Shown one piece after another: positions 26,516 to 32,655 of a DNA stretch of 32,655 nt (position 1 is the first letter of the stretch; every line of letters begins with the position of its first letter). The notes under the pieces were generated by a model that was not told the DNA's origin, made no database searches, and saw nothing but the letters and a program-made list of their open reading frames with translations. This stretch comes from Armatimonadota bacterium (GTDB taxonomy: Bacteria > Armatimonadota > UBA5829 > DSUL01): the NCBI GenBank assembly GCA_037478975.1, contig JBBFLP010000002.1, positions 1-32,655 on the forward strand, in the 5' to 3' direction. Made by a program: the position numbers and the translations under genes.

Positions 26516-27418
26516 TCAGGGGGTGGTTCCTGTGGCCCTGACCGCCGCCTGGTAGAGGTCGCTCATTCCCATCCGCTGAGTACCCACAATGGAGGCGTTC
26601 GTGATGGCCGCTGTCGCGACCGTAGCTCCCTCAATGGCTCTCAGCTTCGCGACCGCTTCGGCGCTGTAAGGCCAAACGTTCAGCGCGATGGTCTGCTCAT
26701 ATTGCGTGCGGGCCTGCTGGAACTGCCCCGCCTCGGTGAACAGTTTGCCCAGGGTCAGCTTCTCGCGAGCCAGCTCCCGGAGCGCGTTCTTGGTGTCATA
26801 CTTCGCTCCCTCGATGACCCGCCAGGCGGCGCGGGCCTTGATTCTGTCGCCGTTGTCCCGCGCCTCCTGATGCACCGCCGACCACTGGTTCATTCTCTGC
26901 ACCAGGCGGCTCAGCCGGTCGCGCGTCGTGGTGACTTTGAGAGACTGGTGGGCGACACGCGCGGCCATCCATACGGAGTAGTTGTCCACCAGGGGCAGTC
27001 CCTGCAGCGCCCGGGTGTCGGCGTCGGCGATGGGGTCGCGCCCGTATGCGCTGAACAGTGTGATCCAGTCGTCCCGGCTGCGGGGATCCTTGGCCATCTC
27101 GGCCGGCATCTCCACAATATACGGCCTGCCGGCGGTGGTGGTGAAGCGCAGGTAGGTGACCACGTGTTCACCGGCGCGTTTGCGGACCACGGTCACCGGT
27201 CCGCGAGGCGCTTCCGCGAAGCTGATCTTGCGGGCCGGGTCAGCGGGGTTGTCTGTCGCTGCCGCAGGCTGCGCTACCGGAGCCGCGCCGCCATCTGGCT
27301 GTCCGGCCGGCGGCGTTTGCTGCTGCGCCATCAGCCGGACCGCGCCGATACCGGCCGCTACGGCCACTATGGCCGCAGCGCCCAGCGCCAGCCACCTGGA
27401 TCGCAATCTGTCAACCAT
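26516..27418 (-). CDS. Membrane-anchored or secreted protein of unknown function with a Pro/Ala-rich linker and one TPR-like helix pair
   Basis: The ATG at 27418 lies 5 nt after GAGGAG. The 300-aa product has an N-terminal hydrophobic segment RWLALGAAAIVAVAAGIGAVRLM, a low-complexity stretch QQQTPPAGQPDGGAAPVAQPAAATDNPADP, a globular part, and a C-terminal LGKLFTEAGQFQQARTQYEQTIAL. I do not recognise a family. Confidence 0.7.
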   Translation of the reverse strand: MVDRLRSRWLALGAAAIVAVAAGIGAVRLMAQQQTPPAGQPDGGAAPVAQPAAATDNPADPARKISFAEAPRGPVTVVRKRAGEHVVTYLRFTTTAGRPYIVEMPAEMAKDPRSRDDWITLFSAYGRDPIADADTRALQGLPLVDNYSVWMAARVAHQSLKVTTTRDRLSRLVQRMNQWSAVHQEARDNGDRIKARAAWRVIEGAKYDTKNALRELAREKLTLGKLFTEAGQFQQARTQYEQTIALNVWPYSAEAVAKLRAIEGATVATAAITNASIVGTQRMGMSDLYQAAVRATGTTP

Positions 27419-27435
27419 CGCCACTCCTCTTCCGC

Positions 27436-27496
27436 AGCGCGCGTTTCGCGCTCCGGACGGCATATCCATTATCGGCAGCCGGAGCGCACCGGCTGC
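27436..27496 (-). other. Two perfect GC-rich hairpins in the roughly 80-nt 5' leader of the unknown gene
   Basis: On the minus-strand RNA, GCAGCCGG-UGCGCU-CCGGCUGC lies at 27496-27475 and AGCGCG-AAACG-CGCGCU at 27452-27436. The second ends 6 nt before the GAGGAG RBS. Confidence 0.4.
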
Positions 27497-27506
27497 TCCC
27501 GGTCGG

Positions 27507-27535
27507 AATATACAGCGCGCCTTTCGCCCTGTCAA
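27507..27535 (-). promoter_or_regulatory. Near-consensus sigma-70-type promoter for the unknown gene
   Basis: On the minus strand: TTGACA (27535-27530), an exact 17-nt spacer, then TATATT (27512-27507). Confidence 0.55.
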
Positions 27536-27574
27536 TGGACTTCGGGACAGCCCTGCGGGTTCCCTGCCGGTGCT

Positions 27575-29053
27575 TCACGGGCGACACAGACAGGCTTCCA
27601 CCCGTGCCCCGCAGCCTTTGCACGTTTCCACCCACACGGCGGGGCCCACCCCGGAGGCCTCACCCGGGCCCAGCAGTGTAAAGTCGGCCTGCCCTCCCTC
27701 GCTCTCGGTCTGGAAGCGTACTCTGAGCCTGTTGCGATCCTGCACATCGTCCGAGGACAGGGTGAACAGCGCCTGCGTGCCGCGGCTGCCGTCCAGGCTC
27801 ACCTTCCACCCCTTGGGCGCCACCAGTTCGATTTTGGCGGAGATGGGATGCCCTTCCTGCTCCACGCTCACACCTACCAGCTTCGGCAGCCGCGGACGGA
27901 TGACCGGTCCTCCCATATAGTGCAGGGTGATCTCCACGTTGCGCGAGGCTGGCAGGGTGGTGGCGTCGTAGTCGCGCTCCAGCATCCGGCGCGCGCGTTC
28001 GTTCCTGCTCAGCCCCGCCAGCCGGTTGCCCCGCACGGAGGTCTTCTCCCCGAACTCCACCGTGCCTCCCCGCTCGGCCATCAGCCGCTCAGCTAGGGCG
28101 ACAGTGCGCTCGGTCAGTTCGCTTACGGTCTTCGGGCCGCTGAGCCCTCTGGTGAACTTGTGAAGCACGATCCGTTCCCCCACAGGATCCTTCCACTCCG
28201 CGGGAATGCCCTCCGTGCCGTTCAGGATCCCCAGGATGGAGCCCAGAGTCGCGCCCGTACAGTCCGTGTCGTATCCGCAGTTGACGGCCTTGCAGAGCCG
28301 GTCGCCGAAGCTTTCGCCGTACAGCCAGCCCAGGATGATGAAGGCCAGGTTCTGCGGGGCATGGCAGGGATGGGAGTGTCCGAAGCGCCGGAGGATGCGC
28401 TCGCGAGCCTCGCCCCACGGGACGCCGTTCGTGTGACACCAGAGCGCTGCGCTCACGCTGCGGGCGATGGCGCAGTGTCCCGGGATCATCTGCAGCCCGA
28501 TATGGATCAGCGCTTTCGGGTCGGATTCCACGAAGGCCGCGCTTTCCAGCGCCGCCAGAAACATCTCGCCGTATACCCCCTCGCCGCCGGCGTGGTCCAG
28601 TACGGCGTCTTTCCAGGCCAGCTCGGCTGCCAGCTGGGGATTTCCTGGCGCGATGCACGCCCAGATCTCGCTCCGGATGGGCGAGCCCATCTGGTCAATG
28701 AAGTCGTTCTCGAACCATCCCGAGACGGGCGGGCGCAGCCCGCGGGAGAGATTGCGCAGGCAGAAGCCGTACTCGTCCCACGGATAGGGAGCCAGATGCT
28801 TCAGCCAGTAGTCGGCGAAGTCCGCCAGCCGGGGCGTTACCCCGCGCTCTTCCAGCATCTTCAGCCAGACCAGCTGCAGGTCCAGATCGTCGTTGGCGGC
28901 GGCCTCGGTGGGAACCGGGTCGAAATACTCCAGGTCCAGCACCTTCATCTGACCCTCGAAGGGCGCCCCGAGTGTGCCGCCAATATTCTTGCCAAGCCAG
29001 CAGGCTTGCACCCGGTCGCGATACTCCCCTTTGTCCAGCGTGACAGGTCTCAT
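27575..29053 (-). CDS. ADP-ribosylglycohydrolase (ARH/DraG) family protein with a roughly 160-aa unassigned C-terminal domain
   Basis: The ATG at 29053 lies 8 nt after GGGAG. The product is 492 aa. ARH-type motifs are WLGKNIGGTLGAPFEG, NDDLD (res 54-58) and NCGYDTDCTGATLGSILG (res 258-275). Residues about 330-492 are not ARH-like and end in CKGCGARVEACLC. The rest of the 977-aa track ORF upstream is antisense to tRNA-Gln and glmU. Confidence 0.85.
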   Translation of the reverse strand: MRPVTLDKGEYRDRVQACWLGKNIGGTLGAPFEGQMKVLDLEYFDPVPTEAAANDDLDLQLVWLKMLEERGVTPRLADFADYWLKHLAPYPWDEYGFCLRNLSRGLRPPVSGWFENDFIDQMGSPIRSEIWACIAPGNPQLAAELAWKDAVLDHAGGEGVYGEMFLAALESAAFVESDPKALIHIGLQMIPGHCAIARSVSAALWCHTNGVPWGEARERILRRFGHSHPCHAPQNLAFIILGWLYGESFGDRLCKAVNCGYDTDCTGATLGSILGILNGTEGIPAEWKDPVGERIVLHKFTRGLSGPKTVSELTERTVALAERLMAERGGTVEFGEKTSVRGNRLAGLSRNERARRMLERDYDATTLPASRNVEITLHYMGGPVIRPRLPKLVGVSVEQEGHPISAKIELVAPKGWKVSLDGSRGTQALFTLSSDDVQDRNRLRVRFQTESEGGQADFTLLGPGEASGVGPAVWVETCKGCGARVEACLCRP

Positions 29054-29113
29054 AGCAGAGTCTCCCGCTCCCTCTCGTCCGGGCGGCTTCACTTCTCCGG
29101 GAAGCCCCTCCGG

Positions 29114-29143
29114 TTGACATGCCCGGCCGCGCGAAACTATCAT
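29114..29143 (+). promoter_or_regulatory. Sigma-70-type promoter of tRNA-Gln
   Basis: TTGACA (29114-29119), an 18-nt spacer, then TATCAT (29138-29143). The predicted start falls about 7-9 nt before or at tRNA position 1 (29152). Confidence 0.55.
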
Positions 29144-29151
29144 GACGGTGT

Positions 29152-29222
29152 TCCCGGGTCGTCTAATGGCAGGACAGCAGATTTTGGTTCTGCTTATCGA
29201 GGTTCGAATCCTTGCCCGGGAG
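29152..29222 (+). tRNA. tRNA-Gln (anticodon UUG)
   Basis: Hand-folded cloverleaf. The acceptor stem TCCCGGG/CCCGGGA includes the U1:A72 pair, and the discriminator is G73. The D stem is GTCT/GGAC. The anticodon stem GCAGA/TCTGC carries the loop TTTTGGT, with anticodon TTG at 29184-29186. The T arm is CGAGG-TTCGAAT-CCTTG. CCA is not encoded. Confidence 0.85.
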
Positions 29223-29281
29223 CTCATTTTGCGTTGCCAGCCTTCCCTCCGGCGGCGCAGCGCATCGCCACCGAGGAGCCA

Positions 29282-30670
29282 GTGAGACCTCAGACCCACC
29301 GAGCGGCCCTGATCATGGCCGCGGGCAAAAGCACGCGGATGAAGAGCCGGCTGCCGAAGGCGGTCCATCCGCTGTGCGGCAGGCCGGTGGCGATGCACGT
29401 CATCCAGGCGTGCCGGGATGCGGGGCTGGAGCGCGTCATCGTCGTGGTCGGCCACGAGGCGGATGCCGTCCGGCAGACGCTGGGGGATAGCGTCGAATAC
29501 GTCACGCAGGACCGCCAGCTCGGCACCGGGCACGCTGTGATGTGCGCGGAGCAGGCTTTGCAGGGCTTCGAGGGCATTCTGGCGGTCCTGCCGGCCGACA
29601 CACCGCTCATACGCCCCGGATCCATCGCCAGGATGATGGAGGACTGCGAAAGCCGCGGCTGCGCCGCCTCCCTCCTGACGGCTGAGATGCAGGATCCCGC
29701 GATGTACGGCCGCATTGTGCGCTCGCCAGCGGGAGACGTGGAGCGCATCGTGGAGGCCAAAGACGCCCCTCCCGGGATTCTGGCCATCCGGGAGATCTGC
29801 ACCAGCATCTATGCCTTCGATGCCCGCCGTCTCTTTCCGGCGCTGCGGAGACTCTCTCCGGAGAACCGGCAGCAGGAGTACTACCTGACGGACGTTATAG
29901 GCATCTTCCGGTCCGAAGGGTTGCCCGTTTCGGCAACCGTGGTGGAGGATGCCAGCGAAGTGATGGGCATCAATACGCGCGTGGAGCTTGCGGATGCCAC
30001 CGCCGTGCTCCGTGACCGCATCCGCCGCCGGCTTATGCTGGACGGAGTCACGATGCTCGATCCTGCCTCTGTCCACGTGGACGTGGACGTGGAGATCGGG
30101 CAGGATACGGTCATCTATCCCGGGTGCGTCATCGAGGGGCGGACGCGTATCGGGAGCGGATGCGTAATCGGCCCTCATAGCCACATTGTGGACTCTGTGC
30201 TGGAGAATGATGTCACGTTCGAGGCCTCTGTGGCCGTGGAGGCGGAGGTTGGGCGGGGAACCCGGGTGGGGCCGTATTCGCGGCTCAGACCGGGGTCCAG
30301 ACTGGGCGAGAATGTCATAATCGGCGACTTCGTCGAGATAAAGAACAGTGTCATCCACGAAGGGGTGTCCATCGCCCATATGACTTACATCGGGGATGCC
30401 GAAGTCGGCGCGCACACCAATATCGGGGCGGGCACCATCACGTGCAACTACGACGGGCGGCGGAAGCACCGCACCGTGATCGGGGCGGGGGCGTTCGTGG
30501 GGAGCCACACCACTCTGAACGCTCCCGTCACTGTGGGCGACGGGGCGTTCATCGGGTCGGGGTCAGTCATCACGAAAGACGTTCCCCCGGACGCGCTGGC
30601 GCTGGGCAGGGCGCAGCAGATCATCAAAGAAGGGTGGGCCAGACGGCGGCGCGAGCGATCGGAGGAGTAG
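29282..30670 (+). CDS. glmU: Bifunctional UDP-N-acetylglucosamine pyrophosphorylase / glucosamine-1-phosphate N-acetyltransferase
   Basis: The GTG at 29282 follows GAGGAG. The product is 462 aa. LIMAAGKSTRMKS, QLGTGHAV, YYLTDV and the C-terminal left-handed beta-helix hexapeptide repeats (IG.G..I....) are present. The track's 836-aa ORF is an antisense extension. Confidence 0.93.
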   Translation: MRPQTHRAALIMAAGKSTRMKSRLPKAVHPLCGRPVAMHVIQACRDAGLERVIVVVGHEADAVRQTLGDSVEYVTQDRQLGTGHAVMCAEQALQGFEGILAVLPADTPLIRPGSIARMMEDCESRGCAASLLTAEMQDPAMYGRIVRSPAGDVERIVEAKDAPPGILAIREICTSIYAFDARRLFPALRRLSPENRQQEYYLTDVIGIFRSEGLPVSATVVEDASEVMGINTRVELADATAVLRDRIRRRLMLDGVTMLDPASVHVDVDVEIGQDTVIYPGCVIEGRTRIGSGCVIGPHSHIVDSVLENDVTFEASVAVEAEVGRGTRVGPYSRLRPGSRLGENVIIGDFVEIKNSVIHEGVSIAHMTYIGDAEVGAHTNIGAGTITCNYDGRRKHRTVIGAGAFVGSHTTLNAPVTVGDGAFIGSGSVITKDVPPDALALGRAQQIIKEGWARRRRERSEE

Positions 30671-30675
30671 CAGGA

Positions 30676-31647
30676 TTGGACCTTTCCACATTGCGCATTT
30701 TTTCGGGGAACGCCAACCCGCGGCTGGCGGAAGATATCGCGGCGCATCTGGGCGTCTCCACCGGCCGGCTGATCGTCAAGAGCTTCTCGGACGGCGAGAT
30801 CTGTGTGAAGGTGGAGGAGAGCGTTCGGGGGATGGATGTCTTCATCGTCCAGCCCACCTGCCACCCCGTCAACGACTCCATCATGGAGCTCATCATTCTC
30901 ATTGACGCCTTCCGCCGCGCCTCTGCCCGCCGCATCACGGCTGTGCTTCCCTATTACGGTTACGCCCGGCAGGACAAGAAGATCAAGCCCCGCGAGCCCG
31001 TCACGGCCCGGCTCATAGCCAACATGATCACCAACGCTGGCGCGCACCGGGTTCTTGCCGTGGATCTTCATGCCGGACAGATCCAGGGGTTCTTCGATAT
31101 GCCGGTGGACCATCTCATGGCCGCCCCGCTCATCGCGGACTGGGTGCGTCAGAACGTCCCGAAGGACGGTCCGCTGGCGGTGGTCTCGCCGGATGTGGGT
31201 GGAGTGCCCCGGGCCCGTGCTCTGGCGGAGATGCTGAATGCCCAGATCGTCATCGTGGTCAAGCGCCGCCCGGAGCCCAACAAGACGGAGGTCAAAGAGA
31301 TCATCGGTGACGTGGAAGGCCGCGTCTGCGTGATGGTGGACGACATGATAGACACAGCCGGTTCCATCTGCAGCGGGGCCGAGGCTCTCCGGGAGAGAGG
31401 TGCGAAGCGTCTTTATGCGTGCTGCACGCACCCCGTCCTCTCAGGCGATGCCGTGGCGCGGCTGGAGGCCAGTCCATTCGAAAAGGTCGTAGTGACCGAT
31501 ACCATCCCGCTTCCCGAGCACAAGAAGAACGGGAAGATCGTGGTGCTTTCCGTCGCCCCGATGCTTGCGGAGGCGGTCCGGCGCATCCACCTGGACCGCT
31601 CCGTCAGTGAGATGTTCGACGGGGTGGTGTTCGAAAGCGGACAGTGA
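30676..31647 (+). CDS. prs: Ribose-phosphate pyrophosphokinase
   Basis: The TTG at 30676 lies 8 nt after GGAGGAG. LRIFSGNANPRLAEDIA, VLPYYGYARQDKK, DLHAGQIQGFF and the PRPP loop VMVDDMIDTAGS are present. The product is 323 aa. Confidence 0.93.
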   Translation: MDLSTLRIFSGNANPRLAEDIAAHLGVSTGRLIVKSFSDGEICVKVEESVRGMDVFIVQPTCHPVNDSIMELIILIDAFRRASARRITAVLPYYGYARQDKKIKPREPVTARLIANMITNAGAHRVLAVDLHAGQIQGFFDMPVDHLMAAPLIADWVRQNVPKDGPLAVVSPDVGGVPRARALAEMLNAQIVIVVKRRPEPNKTEVKEIIGDVEGRVCVMVDDMIDTAGSICSGAEALRERGAKRLYACCTHPVLSGDAVARLEASPFEKVVVTDTIPLPEHKKNGKIVVLSVAPMLAEAVRRIHLDRSVSEMFDGVVFESGQ

Positions 31648-32216
31648 GGCTCATCGTCGGGCTGGGAAATCCTGGTATCCGTTACGCCGGAACCCGCCAC
31701 AACATCGGTTTTGAAGTGGTGGACCGCTTTGCACGCAGGCACGGAGCCCGTCTGCGCCGGCGCTGGTGCCGCTCGTTGGTCGCCGATCTCCGGATCAGGG
31801 GCGAGGAGTTCCTGCTGGCCAAGCCTCAGACATTCATGAATCTGAGCGGCGAGGCGGTGCGGGAACTGCTCCTGCGGACCAGGGCCGCAGCCGCCGACAT
31901 GCTGGTGGTCTGTGACGACATCAATCTTCCCCTCGGACGCATCCGGCTGCGGCCGTCCGGCAGCGCGGGTGGGCATCACGGGCTGGAGTCCATTATCGCC
32001 TGCATCCGCTCTCAGGATTTTCCCCGGTTGCGTGTGGGGGTGGGGGAGGGCAACAACCGGCAGGATGTGAGGGATCACGTGCTGGGCCGTTTCCATCGCA
32101 GCGAGCGAAGACTGGTGGAGGACGTCATCGAGACCGCCGCGGATTGCCTGGACTGCGCCGTTCAGGAGGGTCTGCACATCGCCATGAACCGCTTCAACGG
32201 CCTGATCCTGGAGTGA
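31644..32216 (+). CDS. pth: Peptidyl-tRNA hydrolase
   Basis: LIVGLGNPG.RYAGTRHNIGF, PQTFMNLSG, and GSAGGHHGLES. The GTG start overlaps the prs stop (GTGA). Confidence 0.93.
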   Translation: MRLIVGLGNPGIRYAGTRHNIGFEVVDRFARRHGARLRRRWCRSLVADLRIRGEEFLLAKPQTFMNLSGEAVRELLLRTRAAAADMLVVCDDINLPLGRIRLRPSGSAGGHHGLESIIACIRSQDFPRLRVGVGEGNNRQDVRDHVLGRFHRSERRLVEDVIETAADCLDCAVQEGLHIAMNRFNGLILE

Positions 32217-32253
32217 CCCCAGCCCCTGCGTCCGGGTATCATGCCGTAGAACT

Positions 32254-32655
32254 ATGGCGAAGATCTCCTTCTGCACTTTCGGGTGCAAGGTCAATCAATA
32301 CGAGACTGAGCGGGCGGCGGAGCAGGCGCGGCTGGCGGGGCATCAGGTCGTCCCCTGGGGAGAGCCCGCCGATGTCCAAATTGTTCACACCTGCAGCATC
32401 ACCGCCAACGCCGTCCGCGACGGACGCGCAGCCCTGCGCGGAGCGCTGAAGCGCCGCCGGGACGGCGGCTTGGTGCTGGCCACGGGCTGCGCGGCCCGGA
32501 CCGATTCCTCCTCGCTGGTGCCCTCGTTGGACGTGACCGTCATAGAAGACTTGATGGAGGCCGTCTCCGGGTGCGCTGATGCCCCTGTTCTCCCTGTTGA
32601 CGAGTCCCGGGGCGACTGTCTCTCCTGTCCGTCTCAACGCCAGGCCCGGACGCGG
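32254..32655 (+). CDS. Radical-SAM methylthiotransferase, MtaB-like, N-terminal fragment (continues beyond the right edge)
   Basis: My own translation from the ATG at 32254 gives MAKISFCTFGCKVNQYETERAAEQARLAGHQVV...VQIVHTCSITANAV...LVLATGCAA with no stop to the window end. FGCKVNQYE and HTCSIT are the UPF0004/MTTase N-domain cysteine motifs. It is absent from the ORF track because it is open-ended. Confidence 0.7.
   Translation, partial: MAKISFCTFGCKVNQYETERAAEQARLAGHQVVPWGEPADVQIVHTCSITANAVRDGRAALRGALKRRRDGGLVLATGCAARTDSSSLVPSLDVTVIEDLMEAVSGCADAPVLPVDESRGDCLSCPSQRQARTR

Noticed and set aside
26447-28096. 549-aa plus-strand ORF across the minus-strand module
   Set aside because: It is antisense to both minus-strand genes. 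The minus-strand readings have an RBS and a promoter (unknown gene) or family motifs (ARH). The plus-strand translation is Arg/Gly/Pro/His-rich with no motifs.
26516-29053. ARH gene plus neighbour as a toxin-antitoxin or ADP-ribosylation-based defence pair
   Set aside because: The neighbour has a membrane anchor or signal segment and no R-S-E or H-Y-E ADP-ribosyltransferase motifs that I can see. The two genes are 156 nt apart and the downstream one has its own promoter. There is no positive evidence for a toxin.
27575-30508. 977-aa minus-strand ORF spanning the ARH gene, the tRNA-Gln and most of glmU
   Set aside because: Only the C-terminal 492 aa, from the ATG at 29053 with a GGGAG RBS, look like a real protein. 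The upstream 485 aa are Arg/Pro/Gly/His-rich, run antisense through a tRNA and through well-conserved glmU, and have no start-site support. This is a GC-driven open frame.
28160-30670. 836-aa plus-strand ORF
   Set aside because: Only the last 462 aa (GTG at 29282) are GlmU. The N-terminal part is antisense to the ARH gene and reads through the tRNA.
1-32655. CRISPR arrays, rRNA genes, insertion sequences, integrases and prophage genes
   Set aside because: I scanned the intergenic regions and ORF translations. I found no regularly spaced direct repeats, no transposase, integrase or recombinase-like translation, and no terminal inverted repeats flanking any block.

Overview
This is a GC-rich bacterial chromosomal segment (GC judged by eye, not computed), and it is almost entirely housekeeping genes. 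About 26 kb reads on the + strand without interruption: recG, coaD, a coiled-coil gene, pta, ackA, yceD(DUF177), rpmF, plsX, fabH, fabD, fabG, acpP, fabF, an aspartate aminotransferase, rnc, mtnP, mtnA, apt, hrcA, grpE, a DAHP synthase, a DegT-family aminotransferase, a FAH-family hydrolase, alr, pabB, pabC-like and a DppA-like M55 peptidase. The only strand switch is a two-gene minus-strand module: a membrane-anchored protein of unknown function and a long ADP-ribosylglycohydrolase-family protein. It sits between a convergent hairpin terminator and a divergently transcribed tRNA-Gln(UUG). After it the + strand resumes with glmU, prs, pth and the 5' end of an MtaB-like methylthiotransferase. 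A fragment of an ECF sigma factor runs off the left edge on the minus strand. The gene order resembles Firmicutes/Terrabacteria operons: yceD-rpmF-plsX-fab-acpP...rnc, hrcA-grpE, and glmU-prs-pth. I see no CRISPR array, rRNA, transposase, integrase, phage gene or recognisable defence or toxin gene. I cannot point to a clear-cut novel system. The best candidates for a second look are: (1) the orphan ARH protein with a roughly 160-aa unassigned C-terminal domain, together with its neighbour, which has a near-consensus promoter and a structured leader; (2) the chain grpE-aroF...degT-fah-alr-pabB-pabC-dppA, where grpE and aroF are 9 nt apart, degT through pabC are linked by stop/start overlaps, and shikimate entry, aminodeoxychorismate and D-alanine enzymes are combined; (3) an hrcA-grpE unit with no dnaK/dnaJ and a CIRCE-like repeat lying on the promoter hexamers; (4) an uncharacterised coiled-coil gene overlapping pta by ATGA. 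The many long antisense ORFs in the track look like GC-content artefacts.
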